64,000 nucleotides of DNA, from assembly GCA_019058275.1 (NCBI GenBank), contig JAHLVW010000062.1:160001-224000 (forward strand), read 5' to 3'. The stretch comes from Candidatus Heimdallarchaeota archaeon. GTDB taxonomy: Archaea; Asgardarchaeota; Heimdallarchaeia; JABLTI01. A model generated the notes under the pieces. The model searched no databases, was not told where the DNA came from, and saw nothing but the letters and a program-made list of their open reading frames with translations. Numbering within the stretch: position 1 is the stretch's first letter; every line of letters begins with the position of its first letter. Below are positions 11,615 to 20,175 of the stretch, in pieces. The position numbers and the translations under genes were made by a program.

Positions 11615-12250
11615 TTATTTAGAACAACATTCCTCGATTTCTTTGACAATATCTGTATCTAAAACTAATGCTAGCCATCCAACATATTCAATCAAGCTAT
11701 CAATTAAATCCCAATTTAGTTTTCCTAGTTTCTCGAGTGTTTTTTTGTTAGCGTTTTCAAATATATCAATTATCAGTCTGTTATTTTCAATAGTTAATTT
11801 GTTGATTAATTCACCTACTGCAGAAGAAGTCAATTTTGTACCGAATTTCTGTTCAAGTAATTCTTGTACAATTTCATTGAATAATTGCATTTCTTTTTCC
11901 GGTAGCTTTTTCTTTTCATGTCCAAGATATCTTTTCAAGAAAATCTTTGCAGTTCTTATGTATATTGTTTCACTTAGTAGCTCATCTGCTCCTTTTGAGG
12001 TTATTCTTTTTCCTGCTTTTGCAACAAAACCGTTCTCAATAAGCTCTTTTAGATAACGATAGATTGACTTATCTGATTTACTAACTCCACTTTTCTCAAA
12101 ATCTTCTACTAATTCTTTTACTGTTCTTGGACCTTGTCTTAGGAATTTTATTATATACTTATAGTTTTCTTCGCTATAGACTAGATCTACTTGCTCTTGT
12201 GTTAGTATGTTTACTATTGTCTGTTTGTAGGTTATTACATCTTGACTCAT
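11615..12250 (-). CDS. Winged-helix transcriptional regulator with C-terminal helical domain (paralog 1)
   Basis: IIKFLRQGPRTVKEL...KSIYRYLKEL..NGFVAKAG; clearly homologous to 17417..18040. Confidence 0.85.
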   Translation of the reverse strand: MSQDVITYKQTIVNILTQEQVDLVYSEENYKYIIKFLRQGPRTVKELVEDFEKSGVSKSDKSIYRYLKELIENGFVAKAGKRITSKGADELLSETIYIRTAKIFLKRYLGHEKKKLPEKEMQLFNEIVQELLEQKFGTKLTSSAVGELINKLTIENNRLIIDIFENANKKTLEKLGKLNWDLIDSLIEYVGWLALVLDTDIVKEIEECCSK

Positions 12251-12272
12251 TCCAATTCACCACTTTGTTTTT

Positions 12273-12420
12273 TTCTCATTCTTTGTTTCACTCATTCTCA
12301 ATATAATATATATCATTCTCATATATTTAAATATTGTTCTTGCATTGTAATATTTAATTCTAATACTATGATATATATTTCTCATTTTTTGAGAAACACT
12401 TATATATAAGTATGAGAATA
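12273..12420. promoter_or_regulatory. Divergent promoter with phased TTCTCA boxes, TTCTCA-N5-TGAGAA palindrome, TATA box and downstream TGAGAA half-site
   Basis: Boxes at 12273, 12295, 12316, 12337 (TTCTTG), 12358 (TTCTAA), 12379; TGAGAA at 12390 and 12413; CTTATATA at 12399. Confidence 0.75.
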
Positions 12421-12452
12421 GCATCTTAAAAAACAAGACGGAGAAATAAAAA

Positions 12453-12550
12453 ATGAGACAAAAACTCTATCACAAAAAACAATTAAAGATCAAATCAAAA
12501 AATACCATAATAAAGTTAGAATGGATTTTGCATTAGTTTATGGTCGTTAA
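12453..12550 (+). CDS. Small basic peptide A (about 32 aa, MRQKTLSQKTIKDQIKKYHNKVRMDFALVYGR if one A is restored in an A-run)
   Basis: GGAG RBS, ATG at 12453; the -1 frame carries the family C-terminus; the span is 98 nt, one short of in-frame; hairpin overlaps the stop. Confidence 0.6.
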
Positions 12551-12573
12551 ATCGGTTTCGATTTTAACGATCA
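12541..12573 (+). terminator. Stem-loop overlapping the stop codon of peptide A
   Basis: TGGTCGTTAAATCG-gttt-CGATTTTAACGATCA. Confidence 0.55.
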
Positions 12574-12785
12574 AACTATTTCTTTAATATTCGTTCTTGC
12601 TTTTTTTATGTACTAATTTTAGCAAGTTTTCTGATAGTCTTCATCAACATTTTGCCTAGAATTATTTAATTTCAGATATCAGTTACTAATTTGCCTATTG
12701 ATGTGGTACGGGTAATTGTTGAAGAATATCTTGAATTTGATATCATAAATGATTATATTCATTTTAACTTAGTGAATTTTTTTTC

Positions 12786-13451
12786 TTAAAAAAGCTTAAT
12801 TCTATCTCGAGGAATATTCACAGGTTTCATATGTGATGGAATCGCATAATCCCACTCAAAGTCTAGTATTTTGTTTAATGTTTTTAAATAAAGATCATAA
12901 TCATCATGGAATCTTTTGAACACAGGTTGGAGTCTGAAAAACATATGCATTATTGTATCCCCAAGGAAAAGTAATTTCTGTTTTTCAGCAAGTATGCAAA
13001 TGTGACCATAAGTATGCCCTGGTACATGAACAGCTCTTAATTGGAGTTCTTGGTCTATAATTTCATTATGTTCAACTAGTTTATTTGGTTTTATTGGGTC
13101 AATTTCTTGTTCTTCAATAAAGTATTTTGCTTCGTCTTTATGACAGATAATTTCAATACGTTCTAAAGGTGATTCGGGAGCACTTATTGTAGTTAGCTCA
13201 TAAATTAAAGTAGGTAATCCACCAGTATGATCTAAGTGTCTATGTGTAAAAACAATACGCTCAATCTTCTCTAGAGAGTCCCACCTCTTTCTTATCTTTT
13301 TTATAATTACAGAAATATCTTTCTCAAGTCCTGTATCAATTAAAGTTAGCATACCATTCTTCTTCTCTACAACAAAGATAGGAACTGAATAGATTCCTTT
13401 TCCAGAAACACTATACAAATCACTTGCGATTTCTTTTACCATGATAGTCAC
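12786..13451 (-). CDS. Metallo-beta-lactamase-fold hydrolase
   Basis: LIDTG, THRHLDHTGG, PGHTYGH, FLGD, PSH motifs. Confidence 0.9.
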   Translation of the reverse strand: MTIMVKEIASDLYSVSGKGIYSVPIFVVEKKNGMLTLIDTGLEKDISVIIKKIRKRWDSLEKIERIVFTHRHLDHTGGLPTLIYELTTISAPESPLERIEIICHKDEAKYFIEEQEIDPIKPNKLVEHNEIIDQELQLRAVHVPGHTYGHICILAEKQKLLFLGDTIMHMFFRLQPVFKRFHDDYDLYLKTLNKILDFEWDYAIPSHMKPVNIPRDRIKLF

Positions 13452-13544
13452 CTAATTGATGTTAAAGGAATTCCTAACTCTTTTATTAATTTTCATAAAG
13501 AAATAAAGTATTCTAAAAAGGAAGAACCTCAAAAAATGAAAGAA

Positions 13545-13576
13545 GAAGAATGATCGGTCTTAAGCAATCATTCTTC
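13545..13576 (-). terminator. Hairpin followed by a T-rich tract downstream of the ABC binding-protein gene
   Basis: GAAGAATGAT...ATCATTCTTC inverted repeat. Confidence 0.5.
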
Positions 13577-13599
13577 ATGATTGAAAGATAATTGATCTA

Positions 13600-15384
13600 C
13601 TATTTTCTCTTTTTTAAGAAGAAAATTTGAGTTGCACCTGCTAAAGCAAGAATGCTGATAACTGCGACTAGTCCTACACCAGTTGTTTCGGTTGTTGTTG
13701 TTAAATCAAAACCAGCAGCTTCTATTTGTTCTAAAGCAAGATTAATACTATATTCATATGGTTCTAATGATTCATCAAAACCGATTGATACTTTTGGCCA
13801 GTGAGTTACTCCTGGGTAACCCATACCATCAAGTATTTCATCGACAATGACTTGTCTTGGAACCAAATGACTAATAGCCTTTCGAATGTGTCTACCGGAT
13901 TCCTCACTTGCAATTGGACATAATTCACCTGTACCTATGTATGGATGAAGCATGTTTACACTCATTTCTTGGTTTCCAGGAGCAGCTACTAAGGAGTAAT
14001 CAATGCCGGAAACACCTTCTATGTCTGATCTTTGAACAAAGAATTCGGAATCAATGATATCAATTGCATCGCCTGCGAGAGCAGAAATGGCACCTTCTTT
14101 ATTGCTATAGAATTCAAAGTAAATATCTTCAAAGTTAGGATCTTCTCCATACCAATCTTTGAAGTATGGATTTCTCTCCAAATGAACTACTCCATTTGTA
14201 CCATCCCAATTCTCTAGGTAATAAGGACCGGTTCCCATGAGTTTATTAGGATCTGAAGTAGCCCAAGTAACAGCTTGAGTTGCGTGATCTTCTGGAGCAA
14301 TAGCACCCCAGATGTGTTCTGGAAGTAATTGAATTCCTAAATTACCATCTTGGAATACATAAGGTTGTAAGAAAGTTATGGTAAAATCATCATCATCAAT
14401 TTTCACAACAGAATCATTGTCCCAGTAAATAGTATTGAATGAATAGGTTGTATGACCTAAACTTTCAGTAGCACCTAATTGGTAAGTGTAGATAACATCA
14501 TCAGTTGTAACAGCTGTACCATCTGCCCATTTAGCATTGGCTACAAGCTTGCAGTTATATGTTAAACCATCAGAGCTACTAATATCTTCAATCAAACGTG
14601 GAGTAAAAGCTCGATCAGCTAAAACAGATCGTTCAACCAATGCACCATAGATTTGAGTCAACCATTGAGCATCATAAGTTGATTCAATTAAATAAGGATG
14701 AAAATCAACAAAGTCAGCAGGAACTGCGAAATGCAATTCAGTAGCACTACCTAATGACCAGTTCTCCATTGGTTGATAAGCAGAAGCCCATAAAAGTGGA
14801 TCCCAGCCATCTAAAACTGGATCATGAGCGTAGAGATTAACGTTGTAGACGATACAAATGCTTGGTTGATCATCATAAAGAATTTCTTGAATTTCTTCAC
14901 CATAATGCATACGATCTGCCCATGCAAAAGATTGTGAATAATTTCCAACAGCCCAATCAAATTCTTGATTGTTATATTGATAATAATTACCACCATATGG
15001 TGTAATTCCATCAGAAGTAAAAAGTCCTGTTGGATCAAAATCAAGTCCCCAACCATAACCTATGAAAAGAATGTCAAATCCACCCTCAGCATAACTTGGT
15101 ATTGGGTATGGACCTGGATGATTCCATGTCCTTGGACCGATTTGTGCCCATCCTGTGTGGTCAAAAACATCAACAGCAATACCTATTTTTGGTAATTGTT
15201 CTACCATCAAAGTTGACCATTGATTTCTTGCAGGATTGGTATTTGGCGCAAGAATACTTATTGAAAAGAATGGTCCTGGATTTGCTGCTTGAACAGGTGT
15301 TGAAATAACTGACATTAAACCTAAGCATGTCAATAAAGCTAACGGAAGGAACATTCTTTTTAAATCCTTCTTGATTAATTTCAT
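13600..15384 (-). CDS. ABC transporter substrate-binding protein, family 5 (OppA/DppA-like), C-terminally membrane-anchored
   Basis: Signal peptide; KWADGTAVTTDDVIYTY, GTGPYYL..W, LERNPYF, RKAISHLVPRQ.IV; Thr linker, TM and KKRK tail. Confidence 0.9.
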   Translation of the reverse strand: MKLIKKDLKRMFLPLALLTCLGLMSVISTPVQAANPGPFFSISILAPNTNPARNQWSTLMVEQLPKIGIAVDVFDHTGWAQIGPRTWNHPGPYPIPSYAEGGFDILFIGYGWGLDFDPTGLFTSDGITPYGGNYYQYNNQEFDWAVGNYSQSFAWADRMHYGEEIQEILYDDQPSICIVYNVNLYAHDPVLDGWDPLLWASAYQPMENWSLGSATELHFAVPADFVDFHPYLIESTYDAQWLTQIYGALVERSVLADRAFTPRLIEDISSSDGLTYNCKLVANAKWADGTAVTTDDVIYTYQLGATESLGHTTYSFNTIYWDNDSVVKIDDDDFTITFLQPYVFQDGNLGIQLLPEHIWGAIAPEDHATQAVTWATSDPNKLMGTGPYYLENWDGTNGVVHLERNPYFKDWYGEDPNFEDIYFEFYSNKEGAISALAGDAIDIIDSEFFVQRSDIEGVSGIDYSLVAAPGNQEMSVNMLHPYIGTGELCPIASEESGRHIRKAISHLVPRQVIVDEILDGMGYPGVTHWPKVSIGFDESLEPYEYSINLALEQIEAAGFDLTTTTETTGVGLVAVISILALAGATQIFFLKKRK

Positions 15385-15454
15385 TTTTTATACCTCTTAA
15401 ATGTAGGGATCTCTATTTGGGGTAGATTTCCCTACCCTATCTATCATTAATAGG

Positions 15455-15483
15455 ATATATAGGTGTTCTCATAACTTTGAGAA
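15455..15483 (-). promoter_or_regulatory. TTCTCA-N6-TGAGAA operator adjacent to the TATA box of the binding-protein gene
   Basis: Minus strand reads ttctca-aagtta-tgagaa-cacctatatat, the same layout as the peptide promoters. Confidence 0.7.
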
Positions 15484-15731
15484 CATGCTCTACTTTATTT
15501 GTCACTATTTTCTAAACTTGTTGAGAATTTAATAATTTTTTACTTCTCAAACAATTTTGAATATTAAACAAGAAGATTAATGATAGACGAAATAGTGTAG
15601 AAATAATTTTTTTCAATTTTGGTTAAGATTTTAACTAATTTCAATATGTAATGTTTAAAAAACTAGAACGCAATAAAGCTTATAGATAAAAAATAGTTTA
15701 CTAAAACAATTGATACTTTGGAGGATGTTAA

Positions 15732-16139
15732 ATGAACGCTTATGATCCAAGAGTTTCTCATTATAGTCGAACAGTTGCATTATTGCTCTGTTGGTTTCTA
15801 GGTGGTTATGGAGCTCATAGGTTTTACGTGGGTAAAGTAGTCTCTGGTTTCTTATGGTTATGCACCGGTGGTCTTTTTGGAATTGGTTGGATAATTGATC
15901 TAATTATGATTGCAACTGGCAGTTTTACTGATGATCATGGGAGAGTCGTCTATAGTTGGGATGGTGGAACACCTCAACCAGCACAAAGAACTGGTCCACC
16001 TCCACAACATGCACAACAACCAAGACCTATTCCTGAACCTGAGAAAAAGAGCACAACTGCTTTTTGTAGTACTTGTGGTGCAGTGGTTGATCGTAGTGAA
16101 ACATATTGCAAACATTGTGGTGCTCAAGTTTTGAATTAA
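15732..16139 (+). CDS. TM2 (NINE) domain protein with C-terminal zinc ribbon
   Basis: [33 protein letters not shown]; CSTCG...CKHCG. Confidence 0.9.
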   Translation: MNAYDPRVSHYSRTVALLLCWFLGGYGAHRFYVGKVVSGFLWLCTGGLFGIGWIIDLIMIATGSFTDDHGRVVYSWDGGTPQPAQRTGPPPQHAQQPRPIPEPEKKSTTAFCSTCGAVVDRSETYCKHCGAQVLN

Positions 16140-16273
16140 AACACCACAATTCATTTTTATTTTTTTTTGTGATATTTTTTCATAAGCATCCGATTTTTAC
16201 GCTCATAATTGGAATATAATATAAACACGAAAAAACGTTAGTATATTATGCTTAAAATTTTGAGGGTGGTATT

Positions 16274-17340
16274 TTGAAGTTGAAATTTATTGGAATATTT
16301 TTGATTATTTTTTCCTTAACAATTTCATATCCATGTATATCATCACATTCACAACCTGGAAATGAGCCATCTCTCATTAAACCAAAGGCTTTTGCTTTTA
16401 ATGCGAATCATTTAGTAGTGAACCAAGTTAGATTTAATATTATACCAGATTCAGCAATAATTAATGCTAAGAATACTTTACATATAGCATATGGTCATAC
16501 ATCACATGGAAGTCAAATTATAACAGGTATGAATGACTTGCCTGCCTACAAAGAAAGTTTAGGTGGAACCGAAGGGTTATATGATTGGAATGAAGGGGGA
16601 ATTGATGGAGCTTTAGATATAGATGATTACTTTGTTTCAGGTGATTTGGGTAATCCGGACATAAGTTCTTGGACGGAAAGAACTGAAGAATATCTCAACA
16701 ATTCAGCAAATTCAGATGTCAATGTAGTTATGTGGTCATGGTGTGGACAAGTATCTACAGCGACTGAAGCTGACATTGATTTATACCTTAGTCTTATGAC
16801 TGCTTTAGACTTTAGAATTATATCCAGATGTTTATTTTATTTATATGACTGAGCATACAGATGGAACTGGATTAGATGGTAATTTACATATTCGCAATAA
16901 TCAAATACGAGCTTATTGTGAAGCAAATTATAAGATTCTCTTTGACTTTGCTGATTTAGAATCATGATCCTGATGGCAATTATTTTGGTAATAGGAATTG
17001 TACTGATAATTGTGATTATGACGCAAATGATGATGATAATCCTTGGAATGATGGAGCTAATTGGGTTACTGAGTGGCAAAATGAAAATCCAGATGATTGG
17101 TATGATTGCTCTTCAGCTCACAGTCAACCTTTAAATGCAAATATGAAAGTCTATGCTACCTGGTGGCTATAGGCTAGTTTAACAGGTTGGTCTGATCCAT
17201 CTATCACTCCTACACCAAATCCCACTCCAACACCAACTGACGAAACACCAATGTTTGGTGGAGTTATTGGTTTAGCTATTTTTTCTTCATTTATTTTTAT
17301 AACAATTATACTAAGAAGAAATCTAAACAAAAACAAATAA
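16274..17340 (+). pseudogene. Secreted membrane-anchored uncharacterised protein, disrupted
   Basis: HIAYGHTSHGSQI and VVMWSWCGQ; continues in other frames (LFDFAD, CSSAHSQPLN, WWL*A, PTPT linker, TM); frameshifts near 16810 and 16965, TAG near 17170. Confidence 0.7.
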
Positions 17341-17416
17341 AAATAGTATAATACGTAGTATCAAAGAACTCGTGAGAAAAAACACTCACTTGTTTCTTAT
17401 CTTTCTTTAATTGCTA

Positions 17417-18040
17417 TTATTGACAACACTGATTAATTTCATCTGGAATATCAATGTTAAGACTAATTGCTAACCAACTAACAAACTCTTTGACAAAATT
17501 AATTTTTTTCATATCTAAAACAGTAAATTCCTCTAAGGTTTCAGAGTCAGCATTTGAAATTAAATCAATAAAAACCTTATTTCTTTCTGCATTTAGTTTA
17601 TTGCCAAGCTTAGCCAATTTTATTGCAGATAATTCTTTGCCCTTAAAGAGATTTTTCAAAAGTGATAAAGCTACTATATATTCTGGACATGCAACACCTT
17701 CTGGACATTCTTTACAAGCTTTTGTTAGAAATACCTTAGCTGATCTCAAGTAAATTGTCTCACTAATAAGATCACTTTCATCTATTGATGTAATTCGCTT
17801 TCCTGCTTTTGCTACCAATTTTAATTTTAGAAGCTTATTTAAATAACGATAAATTGATTTTTCAGACTTCTCCATATCAAGCTTTTTGAAAGCTTGAACT
17901 AAATCACTAATAGACATTGGACTTTTTGATAAGAATTTCACTGTATATACTAAGTTTTGATCATTAAAACTTTCAAATTGCTCCTTGCTTAATATTAAAA
18001 CTGCCTTTTGTTTATATGTTATTGCTTCTTGTTTTAACAT
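17417..18040 (-). CDS. Winged-helix transcriptional regulator with C-terminal helical domain (paralog 2)
   Basis: ITYKQ, KSEKSIYRYL, VAKAGKRITS, SETIY.R.AK, WLA..L..DI..EI..CC shared with 11615..12250. Confidence 0.85.
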   Translation of the reverse strand: MLKQEAITYKQKAVLILSKEQFESFNDQNLVYTVKFLSKSPMSISDLVQAFKKLDMEKSEKSIYRYLNKLLKLKLVAKAGKRITSIDESDLISETIYLRSAKVFLTKACKECPEGVACPEYIVALSLLKNLFKGKELSAIKLAKLGNKLNAERNKVFIDLISNADSETLEEFTVLDMKKINFVKEFVSWLAISLNIDIPDEINQCCQ

Positions 18041-18065
18041 TATTAAACCTCCTTTTTTGTGTTTA

Positions 18066-18173
18066 TTTTCAATACTATTAATATAATTCTTAGTTTTAAG
18101 TAATTATCGGTCTCAATAATATAAAAATCTTTTCTCAATTGTATGAGAAAACTTATATAAATTCATGAGAATA
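18066..18173. promoter_or_regulatory. Divergent promoter with phased boxes, TTCTCA-N6-TGAGAA palindrome, TATA box and downstream half-site
   Basis: Boxes at 18066, 18087, 18110, 18132; TGAGAA at 18144 and 18166; CTTATATA at 18152. Confidence 0.75.
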
Positions 18174-18209
18174 GTTTCCTAGAAGTTTGATAAAAAAGAG
18201 GTGACAAAA

Positions 18210-18296
18210 ATGCGACATGAAAAGAAAATCAAACGAATAATAAAGAAAGAACAAGAAAACGCAAGAATAAAATTTGCATTATATACAGACAGGTAA
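18210..18296 (+). CDS. Small basic peptide B, 28 aa: MRHEKKIKRIIKKEQENARIKFALYTDR
   Basis: GAGGTG RBS, intact ORF, dedicated promoter, hairpin at 18291-18327 over the stop, homology to peptides A and E. Confidence 0.75.
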   Translation: MRHEKKIKRIIKKEQENARIKFALYTDR

Positions 18297-18546
18297 ATAT
18301 TTGGTCTAGTACGACAATTATTTGCCTAAAAACTTACTAACCTGTTTTCTAATAAAAAAAGGCAAAAAATGATTCTTGCGAAAAACTAATTCTAAAAAAA
18401 TTCTTTGCTTAAGTGTATGATGGATCTATATAATTAGATAGTATTGTGTCTTATTTGAATCATGGTTCTTTCCAATCATCTTTTCTTTCTTTATTCAATG
18501 ATTCCTTATGCTTATCAGCTAATATGTTATACTTTTCAAAGAATAT

Positions 18547-18677
18547 TTCTCATACGCGTTAAAAAGCTTTCTCAGTGCTTACAAATATTATTCTTATATG
18601 TTTAAATATATAGTCTCTTAATCATAAACACATATTCTCACTATGATGAGAAATATTTATATACTAGTATGAGAATA
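18547..18677 (+). promoter_or_regulatory. Third copy of the operator/promoter, with boxes at an exact 22-bp period
   Basis: TTCTCA 18547, TTCTCA 18569, TTCTTA 18591, GTCTCT 18613, TTCTCA 18635; TGAGAA at 18647 and 18670; TTTATATA between them. Confidence 0.75.
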
Positions 18678-18713
18678 ATTTCCTAAGGATGTAGACAAAA
18701 TATGGGTGATTTA

Positions 18714-18815
18714 ATGAAGAAAAACAAGAAATCCATAACAAGTAAAGACATTCAAAAGGAATTAGAAAAAGTCAAGATACTCTTGACTATGTATTATTCA
18801 GATGGATTGATTTAG
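18714..18815 (+). CDS. Small basic peptide C, 33 aa: MKKNKKSITSKDIQKELEKVKILLTMYYSDGLI
   Basis: GGTGA RBS; first ORF after the third promoter; aligns ungapped but divergently with peptide A. Confidence 0.65.
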   Translation: MKKNKKSITSKDIQKELEKVKILLTMYYSDGLI

Positions 18816-18839
18816 CAAGATTCCAGGAGGGGATCACTA

Positions 18840-18911
18840 ATGAATGATAGAAAGAAAATAAAAGATCAAATCAAGAAGGAATTAATCTCTTCCAAAGAGA
18901 GTAGACAGTAA
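18840..18911 (+). CDS. Small basic peptide D, 23 aa: MNDRKKIKDQIKKELISSKESRQ (lacks the hydrophobic C-terminus)
   Basis: GGAGGGG RBS; IKDQIKK is identical to peptide A. Confidence 0.6.
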   Translation: MNDRKKIKDQIKKELISSKESRQ

Positions 18912-18946
18912 AGATCGGCATAAAAAGTAGGTAGGATGGTCCCATA

Positions 18947-19036
18947 TTGAATAAACAAAAGAAAGCTTACAAACAAAAAATCCAAACAGATAAGGAAAAA
19001 ACCAGAATGAGATTCGCCCTATTAACAGGCAAATAA
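18947..19036 (+). CDS. Small basic peptide E, 29 aa (TTG start): MNKQKKAYKQKIQTDKEKTRMRFALLTGK
   Basis: GGATGGT RBS-like sequence; family C-terminus RMRFALLTGK; followed directly by a hairpin and T-tract. Confidence 0.7.
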   Translation: MNKQKKAYKQKIQTDKEKTRMRFALLTGK

Positions 19037-19070
19037 GAAGCGTTCCATCCATGAGGAACGTTTCTTTTTT
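19037..19070 (+). terminator. Hairpin plus oligo-T terminator closing the peptide C-D-E unit
   Basis: GAAGCGTTCC-atccatga-GGAACGTTTC-TTTTTT. Confidence 0.7.
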
Positions 19071-19194
19071 CTTGATCTTATTTTAACTTTGTAGCTTATT
19101 GTTTTAGCTTTTTAGAATTAATGTCTCTGATTTTCAATAGTATAAATTTTTAAGGGAAATTATCTATAATACTATTAGAATAGATGATTTTTTT

Positions 19195-20175
19195 ATGAAC
19201 TGTAAATTCAAGATTTTTATGTTGAATATTATAGTGGTTCTAGTACTTATTTTTGCTAATTTCTCACATTCAGATGCAGCAACGAGATCATGGGATGTAG
19301 GTGATTTGTTTTTATTTAGCTATTCAAATTATTCCTATGCAAACACTACTAATACTGACTTTGTTGTGAGCGATATATTAGTAGTTTCAATTAAAGAAGA
19401 AGGTACTTATAATATTACTCGAGTAGATTTAAGTAATAATACCTATGCTTCTATTTTTACTGGAGTTGCCGGTTCTGGTTCCAATTTATTGAATTATTTT
19501 GGTTGGGAAGAATTCACTAATTATCAATTAGATCCAAATAGCTTTTTCACAATCACTTATGATTGGGATTATGGACATAATGAAATCGTACTAACGTATT
19601 TCAACTTTGGATTAATAGAAAATTGGCCATTTATTGAACCACAGGGGATAGAATTAATTTATTCATGAGCGAGATGTTTAACGAATCTGAAATTGTTGAC
19701 ACAGTTGTTGATCCTTATGAACCTTTAATTCATAATATTACTTTTGGAGATTTCATGAGTAGTGTTGAATCCTTTAGTATTATGAATAAGAATACACTAG
19801 CAGAAGCTGAACTGCAATTCAAGAACAACACTCGAAAATGGACTTTTGAATTTGATCTTTCCAATGTTCTAATGGATTCTGTATATAACATCACATTAAG
19901 GTACGATGAATATTTATCCTTATCAATCAATAATCTACAATTTTGAGTACGAATATACCGATGGTGGAGTACTTGATCGTGTGTTCAGAACAACTACAAT
20001 GGATATAACAATTGAAAATCGATTGTTGCATGTCTACTTTGAACGAAAAATGGTTTCTGGTGATTTCAAATCATTAGAAGCAAATTATCCTTATCTTATG
20101 GTTTTACCAGTGATTTTCCTGATTATATTAGTAATCAAACGGACTAAATCAAAGAATAATGGGAGGATAAAATAA
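19195..20175 (+). pseudogene. Surface protein paralog 1 of a four-gene tandem array (two frameshifts)
   Basis: Three ORF pieces (19195-19668, 19665-19946, 19906-20175) are collinear with 20176..21141. Confidence 0.85.

Noticed and set aside
11355-12056. 233-aa plus-strand ORF
   Set aside because: Mostly the antisense shadow of the regulator gene plus an off-frame read of the anchor remnant
12453-12480. Programmed -1 ribosomal frameshift in peptide A
   Set aside because: No canonical X XXY YYZ slippery heptamer in the zero frame; an indel is the simpler explanation
18400-18575. Possible sixth peptide on the minus strand (TTG at 18498, MNKERKDDWKEP*) behind a TGAGAA-TTTTTAA-TGAGAA layout
   Set aside because: The ORF stops after 12 codons and lacks the family motif; at best a decayed remnant
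18210-19036. Peptides as RiPP precursors or type I toxins
   Set aside because: No modifying enzymes nearby, no Cys/Ser/Thr-rich core and no TM-length hydrophobic stretch; TldD is more than 40 kb away and common in archaea
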